NCBI GenBank assembly: GCA_019058315.1
Contig: JAHPZH010000001.1
Coordinates: 343,536-407,535 of the forward strand
DNA length: 64,000 bases
Source of the DNA: Candidatus Helarchaeota archaeon
Lineage (GTDB): Archaea > Asgardarchaeota > Lokiarchaeia > Helarchaeales > RDOG01
Direction: 5' to 3'
Shown one piece after another: positions 49,262 through 60,089 of this stretch; positions within the stretch are counted from its first letter, which is position 1; each line of letters begins with the position of its first letter. A model generated the notes under the pieces. The model saw only the letters and a list, made by a program, of their open reading frames with translations. It was not told the origin of the DNA and did not search any database. The translations under genes and the position numbers were made by a program.

Positions 49262-49801
49262 TTATATCGGACTAATTTTAAGAATACAACCATCTTTGGT
49301 AACATTTATCTCAGTTTTTAACCCAAAATCAGTAGATTCTTCAAACATTTTATTGCAAAAATAACAAGGGTATTCTTCAGGTATAAATTGTTTATCCCTT
49401 TTCCCATATTTGCGTAAAGCTTTACGAAATTGACATTTTTTTAATTCTAAAATTGCTAATTTATCACTAACTTCGAGATGGTAGTGCTTTAATTTATGAA
49501 CCCATTGAAATTTCCGTACAAATCCTTTTAGAAATTGACTAATCATAAAATTTTTTGGTAATTTCCGTATAGCTGCCTTAAGGATAGGATTACTTAGCGG
49601 GGTATTACTTAAATTTTTAAATTTCTCAACTTGAAAATCTAAAAATTTCTTTAAATCAATTCCATTATCTAGACAAAATGAGCATATCGAGTTCTGTGTC
49701 ATATGCCAAATCTCTAAACACGCCTGCCATTTTTCATTATCACTCAATTCATCAGTAATTTCTTTTCCTTTTTTTATTTCTGTTTTCTTAGTTTTTTCCA
49801 A
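49262..49801 (-). CDS. V4R/ATC-hydrolase-like hypothetical protein
   Basis: LELKKCQF..PCYFC..DGCILKI cysteine spacing. Confidence 0.55.
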   Translation of the reverse strand: MEKTKKTEIKKGKEITDELSDNEKWQACLEIWHMTQNSICSFCLDNGIDLKKFLDFQVEKFKNLSNTPLSNPILKAAIRKLPKNFMISQFLKGFVRKFQWVHKLKHYHLEVSDKLAILELKKCQFRKALRKYGKRDKQFIPEEYPCYFCNKMFEESTDFGLKTEINVTKDGCILKISPI

Positions 49802-49902
49802 TTTAGGTTCCCCACTGTTTTATGTTTTAATAAATACAATTTAATTATATTTTAAAATATAATAGCTTATTAGTTGAAAATAGAAGCATGATTTTGATTT
49901 AA

Positions 49903-51447
49903 ATGAATGAAAAAATGAACGTATTACTCATAATAACAGATCAACAGCGGGCTGATCACCTTTCTTGTGCAGGAAATTCAGTTTTAAAGACTCCTAATAT
50001 TGATTCCATAGCAAAAAATGGAGTAAGGTTTACAAATTATTTTTGCACAAATCCAATGTGTATGCCTAATAGAGCGACACTCTTTACAGGGTTATATCCA
50101 AATATGCATGGTGTTAGATGTAACGGAATTAATCTTCCCCCTGAAATTCCAACTATAACTCAAACCCTTAGAAAGAAAGGGTATCACACTATATCTATTG
50201 GAAAAATACACTTTCAACATTATTCTCCAGTAATTAAAAGAAATGCTAAATCATGGGAAAGTATGGATGATTGGACTAGTGAAAAAAAAGGAAAAAGAGT
50301 ACGAGAGAATTTTCCTTTGCCATATTATGGATTTAATGAGGTGGAAATTACTTTAGGTCACGGGGATATCATGACAGGACATTACCAAGATTGGCTAAAG
50401 GAAAAAGCACCCCAACTTAGTAATTATCTAGGAAAGAGATTGGCTCAAAGATGGATGTTAATGCGTTATTTATATGATGAAACTGAATTACCCGAAGAAT
50501 ATTTTCCAACTTCTTATGTTACTGAGAGGACTATTGCGTTTCTTGAAAGATTTGCACAGGGAAAATACGATGATGAGTCCTTTTTCTTACATTGTTCAAT
50601 CCCCGACCCGCATCATCCTGCTTGTCCTCCAGGAAAATATAAAAATATGTATAAACCAGAAGATATAGAACTTCCACCGAATTATATTGACATGGATAAT
50701 TTATCTAATCACAATTTTTTAGGTAACAATATTAAAAAATCAAATTTTAAAGATCAATCAGGGTTGGTCAAGCTATTGGAAATAACCCCAGAAGAAAAAG
50801 TACGAAAATTTATTTCATATACCTATGGATCTATTGCTTTAATTGATTATAATATTGGAAAAATCTTATCTACATTAAAAAATCTTGGTTTAGAAAAGAA
50901 TACAATGGTAATTTTTACAAGCGATCATGGGGATCTAATGGGAGATCATGGACTAACTCTAAAAGGACCGGTCCCTTTCAAAGGAGTTTTAAATATTCCA
51001 TTAATTTGGAAAGTTCCTGGATTAACTAAAAACGCGGTATCATCTTCTCTCGTAAGTTCAGTTGATATTCCAAAAACAATTCTTAAAATTTTAGGAATTA
51101 GAGATAAAACGCTTATAAGAACGTTTCAAGGATTTAATCTTACTCCAATTCTAAAAGATCCAAATCAAAGGATAAGGGATTGTTGTCTTGTAGAGGAAGA
51201 TGAAGAGGGAGGTTTTTTAAAAACTAGATTAAGACATTTGATAACTGAAAATTACAAATTAACTATCTATGAGGACTTTGAAAATTTTGGAGATCTCTAT
51301 AATCGTGATGATGATCCAGGAGAGACAAATAATTTATGGAATAATGATAAATTCAAAGATATACGTAATAATTTATTGAGAAAAATGTTACATGAATCAC
51401 TTAAGATTCAAAGTAGATATCCTGAAACACAAGCTAATATCATTTAA
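49903..51447 (+). CDS. Sulfatase (Cys-type, formylglycine-dependent)
   Basis: IITDQQR, CMPNRA (CxPxR), GKIH, PHHP, FTSDHG. Confidence 0.95.
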   Translation: MNEKMNVLLIITDQQRADHLSCAGNSVLKTPNIDSIAKNGVRFTNYFCTNPMCMPNRATLFTGLYPNMHGVRCNGINLPPEIPTITQTLRKKGYHTISIGKIHFQHYSPVIKRNAKSWESMDDWTSEKKGKRVRENFPLPYYGFNEVEITLGHGDIMTGHYQDWLKEKAPQLSNYLGKRLAQRWMLMRYLYDETELPEEYFPTSYVTERTIAFLERFAQGKYDDESFFLHCSIPDPHHPACPPGKYKNMYKPEDIELPPNYIDMDNLSNHNFLGNNIKKSNFKDQSGLVKLLEITPEEKVRKFISYTYGSIALIDYNIGKILSTLKNLGLEKNTMVIFTSDHGDLMGDHGLTLKGPVPFKGVLNIPLIWKVPGLTKNAVSSSLVSSVDIPKTILKILGIRDKTLIRTFQGFNLTPILKDPNQRIRDCCLVEEDEEGGFLKTRLRHLITENYKLTIYEDFENFGDLYNRDDDPGETNNLWNNDKFKDIRNNLLRKMLHESLKIQSRYPETQANII

Positions 51448-51514
51448 AAAGATTTGTTAAATTTTTAAAATATAGGTTTATTAGATATGGTTAGTAATAT
51501 TTTGAGTTTATTAA

Positions 51515-52363
51515 ATGGAAAAACCAGACTGGCTTAAGGTTAATATAAATCTTAACGAATTCGAAAAAGTATCGAATTTATTAAAAAAATTAAATTTAAA
51601 TGTAGTATGTTACCATGCTGCTTGTCCTAATATAGGGGAGTGTTTTGCGAAACATACTGCAACATTCTTAATTCTTGGAAATATTTGCACTCGAAATTGT
51701 GCATTTTGTTCTATTAAAAAAGGAGATCCTCTTCCACCAGATCCCAATGAACCAAAAAATGTAGCTCAAGCTGTTAAGGAATTAAATATAAGACATGCAG
51801 TTATTACTTCTGTTACTCGAGATGACCTTCCAGACTTTGGTTCAACACAATTTGTGAAGACAATACAAGAAATTCGTAATATTCAACCTCAGACTATAAT
51901 TGAAGTTTTAATTCCCGATTTTAATGGCTCACTTACAGCACTAAAGAGGATTATAGAGGAAAAACCTGAAATAATTAATCATAATCTTGAAACAGTTCCT
52001 CGATTATATTCTAAAATAAGACCTCAAGCGAATTATAAAACCTCTTTGGGGATTCTTAAACAAGTTAAAAGGTTAAATTCAAATATTTTTACAAAATCCG
52101 GAATAATGTTAGGACTAGGGGAGACAGAAGATGAAATTATATCTCTAATGAAAGACTTGAGAACTGTTAAATGTGATATTTTAACAATTGGACAATATCT
52201 ACAACCTTCTAAAGAGCAAATCGAGGTTATTGAATATATTAAACCATCTACTTTTCAAAAATTTAAATCTATGGGGGAATCCATTGGGTTTTTATATGTG
52301 AATTCTGGACCATTGGTAAGAAGCTCATTTAATGCAGAAGATTTTTCAAAAAAACATATCTGA
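51515..52363 (+). CDS. lipA: Lipoyl synthase
   Basis: KPDWL, CX4CX5C (CYHAACPNIGEC), CX3CX2C (CTRNCAFC), NHNLETV, VRSS. Confidence 0.97.
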   Translation: MEKPDWLKVNINLNEFEKVSNLLKKLNLNVVCYHAACPNIGECFAKHTATFLILGNICTRNCAFCSIKKGDPLPPDPNEPKNVAQAVKELNIRHAVITSVTRDDLPDFGSTQFVKTIQEIRNIQPQTIIEVLIPDFNGSLTALKRIIEEKPEIINHNLETVPRLYSKIRPQANYKTSLGILKQVKRLNSNIFTKSGIMLGLGETEDEIISLMKDLRTVKCDILTIGQYLQPSKEQIEVIEYIKPSTFQKFKSMGESIGFLYVNSGPLVRSSFNAEDFSKKHI

Positions 52364-52440
52364 ATAAATCCATATAAAAAAAATTAAATTTAAAAAATCA
52401 AAAGACTATCTAATCAAAATTATTAACTTAGATTAAAGAA

Positions 52441-52722
52441 ATGACTAAAATGTCAGACCTCGAAGAAATTAAATTCAATAATTTACAAAAAGTAATCGAA
52501 TTAGCAAAGTCAATGAACGTTCTAGTGATGGATGAGTTATTATTCGAAAAAGCAGAAATTGAAAAACAACCAGTTAATATCATTTTCAAAATTCACGATG
52601 ATGAAAGTATTATCCAAATCTTCCTCGGACTTGCAAAATTCTTCAATACTCTTATAATCCAAAAAGGATATGTCTTTTATATTATAACAACAGATCATCT
52701 AAGTCTCGAGCTTCATTGTTAA
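52441..52722 (+). CDS. Small hypothetical protein
   Basis: 93-aa ATG ORF downstream of lipA. Confidence 0.65.
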   Translation: MTKMSDLEEIKFNNLQKVIELAKSMNVLVMDELLFEKAEIEKQPVNIIFKIHDDESIIQIFLGLAKFFNTLIIQKGYVFYIITTDHLSLELHC

Positions 52723-52795
52723 CAAATTTTTATTTTTTGTAATGAAAAAGTGTTTTCAAATAATAAAGCTGGCAAAAAAAAAATTAAAAGAAGTA

Positions 52796-54421
52796 TTATT
52801 CTTTCACTTTTTTAATATAAACTATTATAATAACAGCCGCAATTCCTACACCTACCAATGTAAACCCAATTGCTAATCCAACACCTATATCTTCTGGTCT
52901 CATTATAAGAAGGAGAAGTCCAGCGGGATTTTCCCCATTTCCTCCTGCTGAATGTTTTGTTATATTTTTTGTAGATTGGGCATAAATGTCACGAATTGAT
53001 CCCACATTTCTATAATCATACCAAGTAATAATTGCTTCACCTGCTCCACTGATACATAATTTTGGACCCGAATTATCTGCTAAATTTGTACATACGGGAG
53101 CACCATTAGAAATCCAATGCCTAGATCCGTTTGATGCAATCTTCTGTACATAGATATCAGTGCTATTAGATCTTTGATCTTGCCATGTAATATAAGTATC
53201 TGAACCATAAACTGCGATTTGAGGGCTACCTTGCTCTCCGCTACTTGAACAAATTGCGATTCCATTCGTTTGCCATGAAGAAACTCCGCTAATACCCACC
53301 CTCTGTGCATATATATTTCCATCGATTGTTCTCGTATCGATCCAAACTATATAAGCCCCCCCAGAAGCATCACTAGCGATTTCTGGACCAAATTGGTCAT
53401 TTGAGGCTATACATATGTCAGTTCCATTTGTTGTCCATTGCGTAATTCCAAGACTATTTACCCTTTGGGCATAAATATGTTCATTTCCATCTCTTGAATC
53501 TGACCAAGTTAATATTGCACCACCTATAACATCACTACAAATTTCAACATGAGTTTGATAACCATTTTCATTAGAAATTACTACTCCATTTAATGTCCAT
53601 TCAATATATCCCGTTGAATTTATTCGTTGTGCAAATATATCACTAACTGGATATGAAGTTCTCGTATCTCTCCAAGTTATTATTGCTCCATTGTTTCCAT
53701 CTGTACATAATCTGGGATCATTTTGAGCTTGGGTTGCATTACATATTACAGTTCCATTTGGAGTCCATTGTGTTACACCATCTGAATTTATTCTCTGAGC
53801 ATAAATATCAAAATTTCCTAATCCTTCCCTTAGATCTTCCCAAGTAATTATAGCGCCTCCAGCCCCATCACTGATAATTGATGGATTATCTTGATGATTA
53901 GTTGCATTACAAATTACAACCCCCTCACTAGTCCAGTTCAAGTCTCCAGTTGAATTAATACGTTGTGCATAAATATCCCTATCCGAACCTCTTTGATCCC
54001 TCCAAACAATAATAGCACCTCCTGCTCCATCACTAACAGCTTTTACGTACCATACATCTGTGGTTACCGTACATACAGCAATGCCATTATTATTCCAAAG
54101 AGTTGTTCCATTTTCATCAATTCTTTGTGCATAAACATCACCATTGGAATCCGTCCTAGTGTCTCTCCAAACAATAATTGCACCGTCTGACCCATCACTA
54201 ATAATATATGGTTGGGATTGGTCATTTGCAGAATTACATATAGGAATTCCATCTTCTTGCCAAGCCATCTTATCAATAACAAAGTTTTTATTAGATTCTA
54301 TTGGGTTTATGAAGCTAATTGTAGTGTTTTTAATAGAGAGAGACGATAATACTATTCCGAAAGTCGTTAGAAATATGAATACTTGTACTGCAATTAGAAA
54401 TTTTAAGTTAATTCTTTTCAT
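52796..54421 (-). CDS. Single-pass beta-propeller surface protein (SDGxGGAIIxW..DIYAQRI repeats)
   Basis: Signal peptide, eight ~55-aa repeats, C-terminal TM. Confidence 0.9.
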   Translation of the reverse strand: MKRINLKFLIAVQVFIFLTTFGIVLSSLSIKNTTISFINPIESNKNFVIDKMAWQEDGIPICNSANDQSQPYIISDGSDGAIIVWRDTRTDSNGDVYAQRIDENGTTLWNNNGIAVCTVTTDVWYVKAVSDGAGGAIIVWRDQRGSDRDIYAQRINSTGDLNWTSEGVVICNATNHQDNPSIISDGAGGAIITWEDLREGLGNFDIYAQRINSDGVTQWTPNGTVICNATQAQNDPRLCTDGNNGAIITWRDTRTSYPVSDIFAQRINSTGYIEWTLNGVVISNENGYQTHVEICSDVIGGAILTWSDSRDGNEHIYAQRVNSLGITQWTTNGTDICIASNDQFGPEIASDASGGAYIVWIDTRTIDGNIYAQRVGISGVSSWQTNGIAICSSSGEQGSPQIAVYGSDTYITWQDQRSNSTDIYVQKIASNGSRHWISNGAPVCTNLADNSGPKLCISGAGEAIITWYDYRNVGSIRDIYAQSTKNITKHSAGGNGENPAGLLLLIMRPEDIGVGLAIGFTLVGVGIAAVIIIVYIKKVKE

Positions 54422-54781
54422 TGCTATTCACATTATCATTTCTTGATTAAATGAATTCTTAACATAAAAAATAATCCATTATTAATTTGTTACTGTTAAT
54501 GCAAAAGCAAAAATTATTTTCCATTAAAGAATAGATACGATTATTTAGATTGAATTTTGGACCATATATAAAGAGATTGTTCAATATAGAAGATTTACCA
54601 AGTAAGTTTATTCAAAAATATCTTATTTTTATTTTTATTTTTCAATTTTACATTTCTAAAAATATGATTGCAAATTTGCAAAGATTACCAATTAGAAAAA
54701 TTTAAATAGTATATCTTGCATTAGTGTCCTACAGAAATACTGTATACTAAATTATTCTAAAAATATCAGGAATTACAAATT

Positions 54782-55948
54782 ATGAAGACAATTATGAATT
54801 TCTCAATGACTGAAAAGCAGAAGATGATTCAGAGAATAACTCGTGAATTTTCAGAAGAATTTATAGTGCCTATAGCGGAAGAAAGCGATAAAAACTCACA
54901 ATTAGATATCAAAATATTAAATCTAATGAAAAAAATGAACTTTTTTGGTCTTTGTATTCCAAAAGAATTTGGAGGAGCAGGTTTGCATGATGATACAGTA
55001 AGTTTTTGCATCATAGTTGAGGAAATTGCAAAAATTGATGCTTCTTATGCTCTTACTCCAGGTGTCCACTGTAGCGTCGTTGCTCGTCCAATATATATTT
55101 ATGGTACAGAAGAACAGAGAAGGAAATTTTTAATTCCCCTCGTCAAAGGGGATAAAATTGGTGCATTTGCCTTGACTGAGGCTAATGCAGGATCTGATGT
55201 TGCTAGTATTGAAACGAATGCAGTAATAGATGGTGATGAGTGGGTCTTAAATGGGAATAAAATATTTATAACAAATGGTGGAATAGCTAAAACTATAATA
55301 GTCCTCGCAAAAACTGGTGAAAAAGGTAAAAGAAAGTTTCATACTCTTTTTATTGTAGATGCCGATACACCCGGATTTTCTGTGGGGGTAAAAGAAGATA
55401 AACTAGGGGTCCGGGCTTCTAATACTACTGAGCTTGTTTTTCAGGATATGAGAATTCCTCATGAAAATATCTTGGGAGAAGTCGGAAATGGACTAAAAAT
55501 TGCTTTAGAGATATTAAATTTTGGTCGAATCATTGTTGCTGCTCAATGTGTTGGATTAGGGCAAGGGGCAATGGAATCTGCAATTAAATATGCTAATGAA
55601 AGAGAACAATTTGGAAGTAATATTGGTCGATTTCAAGGTATACAATGGAGAATCGCGGATATGGGTTGCGCAGTCGAATCTGCAAGATTATTGACTCAAA
55701 AAGCTGCTCATATGTGTGATAACAACATGGATTATAGTTTAATGGCTTCTATGGCAAAATTAGTTGCAAGTGAAGTAGCAATGAAAGTAGCTCATGATGC
55801 TGTTCAAATACACGGTGGATATGGTCTAATGAAAGCATATCCAGTAGAGAGATATTTTAGAGATGCTAAAATGGCCGAAATCTATGAAGGAACATCTGAA
55901 ATCCAAAGAATGGTTATTGCAAAACAATTATTGAAAAAATTCGTATAA
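54782..55948 (+). CDS. Acyl-CoA dehydrogenase (short-chain/butyryl-CoA type)
   Basis: FALTEANAGSD, LNGNKIFITNG, RQFG-like REQFG, QIHGGYG, EIYEGTSEIQR. Confidence 0.95.
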   Translation: MKTIMNFSMTEKQKMIQRITREFSEEFIVPIAEESDKNSQLDIKILNLMKKMNFFGLCIPKEFGGAGLHDDTVSFCIIVEEIAKIDASYALTPGVHCSVVARPIYIYGTEEQRRKFLIPLVKGDKIGAFALTEANAGSDVASIETNAVIDGDEWVLNGNKIFITNGGIAKTIIVLAKTGEKGKRKFHTLFIVDADTPGFSVGVKEDKLGVRASNTTELVFQDMRIPHENILGEVGNGLKIALEILNFGRIIVAAQCVGLGQGAMESAIKYANEREQFGSNIGRFQGIQWRIADMGCAVESARLLTQKAAHMCDNNMDYSLMASMAKLVASEVAMKVAHDAVQIHGGYGLMKAYPVERYFRDAKMAEIYEGTSEIQRMVIAKQLLKKFV

Positions 55949-55964
55949 AAGAGGTGTTAAAAAG

Positions 55965-56771
55965 ATGAAAATATTCGTTTGTATTAAACAAGTTCCTGGA
56001 ATATCAGAGGTAAAGATAGATTCAAAAACTGGGAATATAATTCGTGATGGTGTTCCGAGCATTATCAATCCACTTGATAAACATGCCCTCGAATTAGCTT
56101 TACAAATAAAGGAAGATAAAAATGCTGAAATTATCGCCATTAGTATGGGACCACCACAAGCCGAAGAGGCTTTACGTGAAGCACTAGCAATGGGAAGTGA
56201 TAGAGCCTTCCTCTTGACTGACAAGAAATTTGCTGGAGCAGACACATTAGCCACCTCTCATACGTTATCCCTTGCTATTAAGAAAATCCTAAATGATTTT
56301 GATATTGATGAAAAATATTTAATCATCTGTGGTGCCTGTGCTATTGATGGAGATACCGCACAAGTAGGTGTAGAATTAGCAGAAGAATTAAATATACCTC
56401 AAATAACCTATGTCCAAAAAATACATATTAATAATGACAAAATTATTGCAGAAAAAGTTCTAAGACCCGAAGAGATAGTTGTGGTAGAATCTAGATTTCC
56501 TTTATTAATAACCGTTTTAAAGGAATTAAATAAACCACGTTTTCCAACAATAGCTGGTATTATGGAAGCATATGATGAAAAAGAAATAATTAAGTTGGAT
56601 TCTCAAAGTTTAAAAGCTGATGATGCAAAAATTGGATTAAATGGTTCTCAGACGCAAGTTTGGAAGATTTTTACTCCCCAAAGAGTATATGATCACGTTA
56701 AACTTTCTGGAGATATCGGAGAAATGGTAAAAAAATTATGTGCAAACTTAGTAGAGTGTAAAATCTTATAA
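55965..56771 (+). CDS. etfB: Electron transfer flavoprotein beta subunit
   Basis: VCIKQVP, INPLD, SMGPP, FAGADTLAT, IDGDTAQVG. Confidence 0.95.
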   Translation: MKIFVCIKQVPGISEVKIDSKTGNIIRDGVPSIINPLDKHALELALQIKEDKNAEIIAISMGPPQAEEALREALAMGSDRAFLLTDKKFAGADTLATSHTLSLAIKKILNDFDIDEKYLIICGACAIDGDTAQVGVELAEELNIPQITYVQKIHINNDKIIAEKVLRPEEIVVVESRFPLLITVLKELNKPRFPTIAGIMEAYDEKEIIKLDSQSLKADDAKIGLNGSQTQVWKIFTPQRVYDHVKLSGDIGEMVKKLCANLVECKIL

Positions 56772-56793
56772 GAATTCTATAGGAGTTTAAAAA

Positions 56794-58002
56794 ATGGGGA
56801 TAAAAATTCAAGTTGAATTATGTACCGGATGTGGAAGTTGTCATTCTATATGCCCCTATGGTGGTATAAAACTCGTAAATGATAAAGCGCAATTAACAAG
56901 TGAATGCAGTGCTTGTGGTTTATGTGTTGAAGAATGCCCTACCAAAGCCATTCTGTTAATAAGAGAAGGTTCGGTAAAACAAGTTGACATCTCTAAATAT
57001 AAAGGTGTATGGGTTATTGGGGAACATTATAGCAATAATATCGAAGGTGTGGTTTATGAATTAGTAGAAAAAGGTCGAGAACTGGCAGATAAATTAAATG
57101 TTGACCTAACAGTTGTGTTATTAGGCTCACAATTAGATGACGAATTGGAAGAATTTGGTCAATATGGTGTAGATGTGGTTATTTATATCATGTCTCCTGT
57201 GTTAGAAAACTATTATTCAGAACTATATGTAAAAATTTTGACTAATCTCATAAAGAAAAATAAGCCCGAAATCGTTTTAATGGGAGCAACGCCGATTGGA
57301 AGAGATTTTGCACCACGAATTTCAAAAAGACTTAATACTGGGCTAACTGCTGATTGCACAGGATTGGATATAGATTCAGAATGCAAAAATTTACTACAAA
57401 CACGCCCAACATTTGGTGGTAATATAATGGCAACGATTAAAACTCCACATAGTAGGCCCCAAATGAGCACAGTAAGACCAGGTATATTTAAACCAACTAA
57501 AAAAATGGGAAGAAAAGTGAGAATCAGAAAATTTTATTATAATTTCAATCAAAAAGACCTAATTACAAAAATATTGAAGATAATAAAGAAAGAACGCAAA
57601 ATCAGAAACCTTTCGGATGCAGATATTATTGTAGCTGGAGGAAGAGGGGTTGGTAGTAAAGAAAATTTTATAATATTAGAAGAATTAGCTGAAGTTTTAA
57701 ATGCTGAAGTAGCAGGTTCAAGAGTAGCTGTCGAACTGAACTGGATTAATTCAGACAGACAAGTCGGACAGACAGGGAAAATAGTTTCACCAAAACTATA
57801 TATTGCATGTGGTATTTCAGGAGCAAGTCAACATATAGTGGGGATTCAATGTTCTGATATAATCGTAGCAATTAATAAAGATCCTAACGCACCAATTTTC
57901 GAAATAGCACATTATGGAATCGTTGGCGACCTTCATAGAGTCATTCCTGAGCTGATAAAAGAAATAAAGCGTATAAAATCTAAGGAGGAAATCCCAAACT
58001 AA
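56794..58002 (+). CDS. etfA: Electron transfer flavoprotein alpha subunit with N-terminal 2[4Fe-4S] ferredoxin
   Basis: CTGCGSC..CP and CSACGLC..CP; GLTADC; RPTFGGN; QVGQTG; GISGASQH; INKD. Confidence 0.95.
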   Translation: MGIKIQVELCTGCGSCHSICPYGGIKLVNDKAQLTSECSACGLCVEECPTKAILLIREGSVKQVDISKYKGVWVIGEHYSNNIEGVVYELVEKGRELADKLNVDLTVVLLGSQLDDELEEFGQYGVDVVIYIMSPVLENYYSELYVKILTNLIKKNKPEIVLMGATPIGRDFAPRISKRLNTGLTADCTGLDIDSECKNLLQTRPTFGGNIMATIKTPHSRPQMSTVRPGIFKPTKKMGRKVRIRKFYYNFNQKDLITKILKIIKKERKIRNLSDADIIVAGGRGVGSKENFIILEELAEVLNAEVAGSRVAVELNWINSDRQVGQTGKIVSPKLYIACGISGASQHIVGIQCSDIIVAINKDPNAPIFEIAHYGIVGDLHRVIPELIKEIKRIKSKEEIPN

Positions 58003-58064
58003 AAAAATCGAAAAAAAAAATTAAAAAAGAAAATTTATGATTATTCAAAACCTACTTTTTTATT

Positions 58065-59294
58065 ATGAAATTCTTCTCAATAAATTCCAATTTTACTAGA
58101 AGGGATTTTTTTACATCAGCTTTATTTATATTGATGTTTTTTGTCTTTGAGAATTTTTCACTCGATTTTTATCTCCAAAAAACTATGATTTTTGTAAAAT
58201 CTTATTTTTACTTTAAGTTGATCTTAGTATCTATCATATTTATTTCAAATTTAATTAGCGGATTATTACTTCTAAAAATAAAAGAATTTTATTTATTGTT
58301 ATCTTCGGTTATATGTGTCGGTTGTAGCACAATTCTTATAAATACAGTCAAATTAAGTCCAATTGAGTTAAACTTCTGGTTTATTGTTCCATATTCAGTG
58401 GCAATAGGATTGATACCTGCAGCTGTATTAAGTTTTTTTAATTCGAGAATAAAGATTGTCGATAGACAAAAACAGATTTCTTATGTTCTATTGATTTCCT
58501 ATCTTATAATGGTTTTAATCTTTCATATTTTTTTCATATTTTACGGATTTCAAGCCATTTTAAATATATCGTTAATGGTTATTCTGACATATTTTTTAAT
58601 ACAGACTAAAAAAGAAGAAATTAATATAGATGATGATTTAAAAAATGTTTCTTTCTTGGAGTTTTTATTTATAATCATTCCTTTCTTTCTATTTTTTATT
58701 GCTTTTTTCATAGGAAATATATTGTATAATTCGTTTTTATTCTATAGAAGTGTCGCTGGAAGTTCTTTCTTTCCTTTTCTGTATGGAGTCATTATAGCAT
58801 TTTTAATTTCTGGATTAATAGATTATTTTGGAAGAAAATTAATTGTTTTTATTTCATTTGGATTTGTTGGACTGAATTGGGTTCTTACAAGTATGTTCGG
58901 GTATTCAGAACTTATAAGCATCCTTGATGGGATAGCATATGGTTTAATGATTGCAATTGGTCTCTTTACTCTTTCAGGTGATATTATCATCGAATCAAGA
59001 TTAAATCTTCGAAATTGTATTTATTCTCTATTTTTAAGTCCTATTTTTTTATATGATTTCATGACAACCTATTTTTTAACTCAAGCAGCCCATTCAATTT
59101 GGTTGCTTTTTGTATGGGATGTTAATTTAAGTAGAAATTCTCTTTTTTCTTTAATGGTTGGATTAATAGTATTAGGAATAATATTATTTATCTATAGCCC
59201 GGAAACTTATCCAATGAAGAAGAAACAGAAAGTTCTTATTAATAAATATATGATGAAGGCGAAAAATATAGCTGATAAATATAAATCTGAATGA
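58065..59294 (+). CDS. MFS-fold membrane protein
   Basis: ~12 TM segments, GLIDYFGRK motif, PETYP C-terminal. Confidence 0.75.
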   Translation: MKFFSINSNFTRRDFFTSALFILMFFVFENFSLDFYLQKTMIFVKSYFYFKLILVSIIFISNLISGLLLLKIKEFYLLLSSVICVGCSTILINTVKLSPIELNFWFIVPYSVAIGLIPAAVLSFFNSRIKIVDRQKQISYVLLISYLIMVLIFHIFFIFYGFQAILNISLMVILTYFLIQTKKEEINIDDDLKNVSFLEFLFIIIPFFLFFIAFFIGNILYNSFLFYRSVAGSSFFPFLYGVIIAFLISGLIDYFGRKLIVFISFGFVGLNWVLTSMFGYSELISILDGIAYGLMIAIGLFTLSGDIIIESRLNLRNCIYSLFLSPIFLYDFMTTYFLTQAAHSIWLLFVWDVNLSRNSLFSLMVGLIVLGIILFIYSPETYPMKKKQKVLINKYMMKAKNIADKYKSE

Positions 59295-59393
59295 GATGGT
59301 TTTAAATTAAAGGTTATTGGGCATACAAAATGTTAAATAGATGAAATATAGTGTTTTCGATGAAATTCTTTAAAAATAAATTAAAAATTCATC

Positions 59394-59582
59394 TTAATCT
59401 TTTTTTCTACGAACTTTTTTCTTTATTTTAACTCGAGTCTGCATCAAGCCACATTCGGTACAAGTATATGAAAACCTCCCCGTCTTCACCATTTTGCCAT
59501 TACATTCCTCACACTTCTCGTCAGTAGAGATGAATTCTGCACGTCCCAAAGCTTTATCCTTTTTCCGTGATGATTTTGTCAT
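59394..59582 (-). CDS. Small basic zinc-ribbon protein
   Basis: CEEC..CTECG with Lys/Arg-rich ends; ATGA overlap with upstream gene. Confidence 0.75.
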   Translation of the reverse strand: MTKSSRKKDKALGRAEFISTDEKCEECNGKMVKTGRFSYTCTECGLMQTRVKIKKKVRRKKD

Positions 59583-59848
59583 ACGTATTCTCCTTCATAA
59601 TATCCTTTGAATTTGTACACAAGACCCACAATAAGATTAGTAACACCTAATATAATAAAAACTCCTCCTAAAAGTACATAAATTGGATAGAATAAACTAG
59701 GTGCTATCAATCTTTGAAGAGAATGAAAGATATCTTGTGGAATAATATCTGGTAGAATTAGAATAACTGATAGTCCTATAATAATTAAAATAATTCCAAT
59801 TATTGTTTGAGTGACGGGGTATACCCGAACTCGACCCAGAAATGACAA
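59579..59848 (-). CDS. Small two-TM membrane protein
   Basis: Two hydrophobic helices; translationally coupled to the zinc-ribbon gene. Confidence 0.7.
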   Translation of the reverse strand: MSFLGRVRVYPVTQTIIGIILIIIGLSVILILPDIIPQDIFHSLQRLIAPSLFYPIYVLLGGVFIILGVTNLIVGLVYKFKGYYEGEYV

Positions 59849-60089
59849 TATTTTATAATCCTTTATTCTAAAAAGTTATTCGAACTATTTAGTTATATGT
59901 TCGATCTTGCCTGCTATTTACTTTATTTTCACACAATAGAGGTGCTTTTTAGGTTTATGTTTATGTATATTCAATTGAAACATAATATGGCAAATACTCT
60001 TAATTTATAGTTTTCAAAAAATTTATATTTTTATTAAACAAAATAAAGATGATTATTTTTCAATTTTATCCGTTAAAAATTAAACAAAA

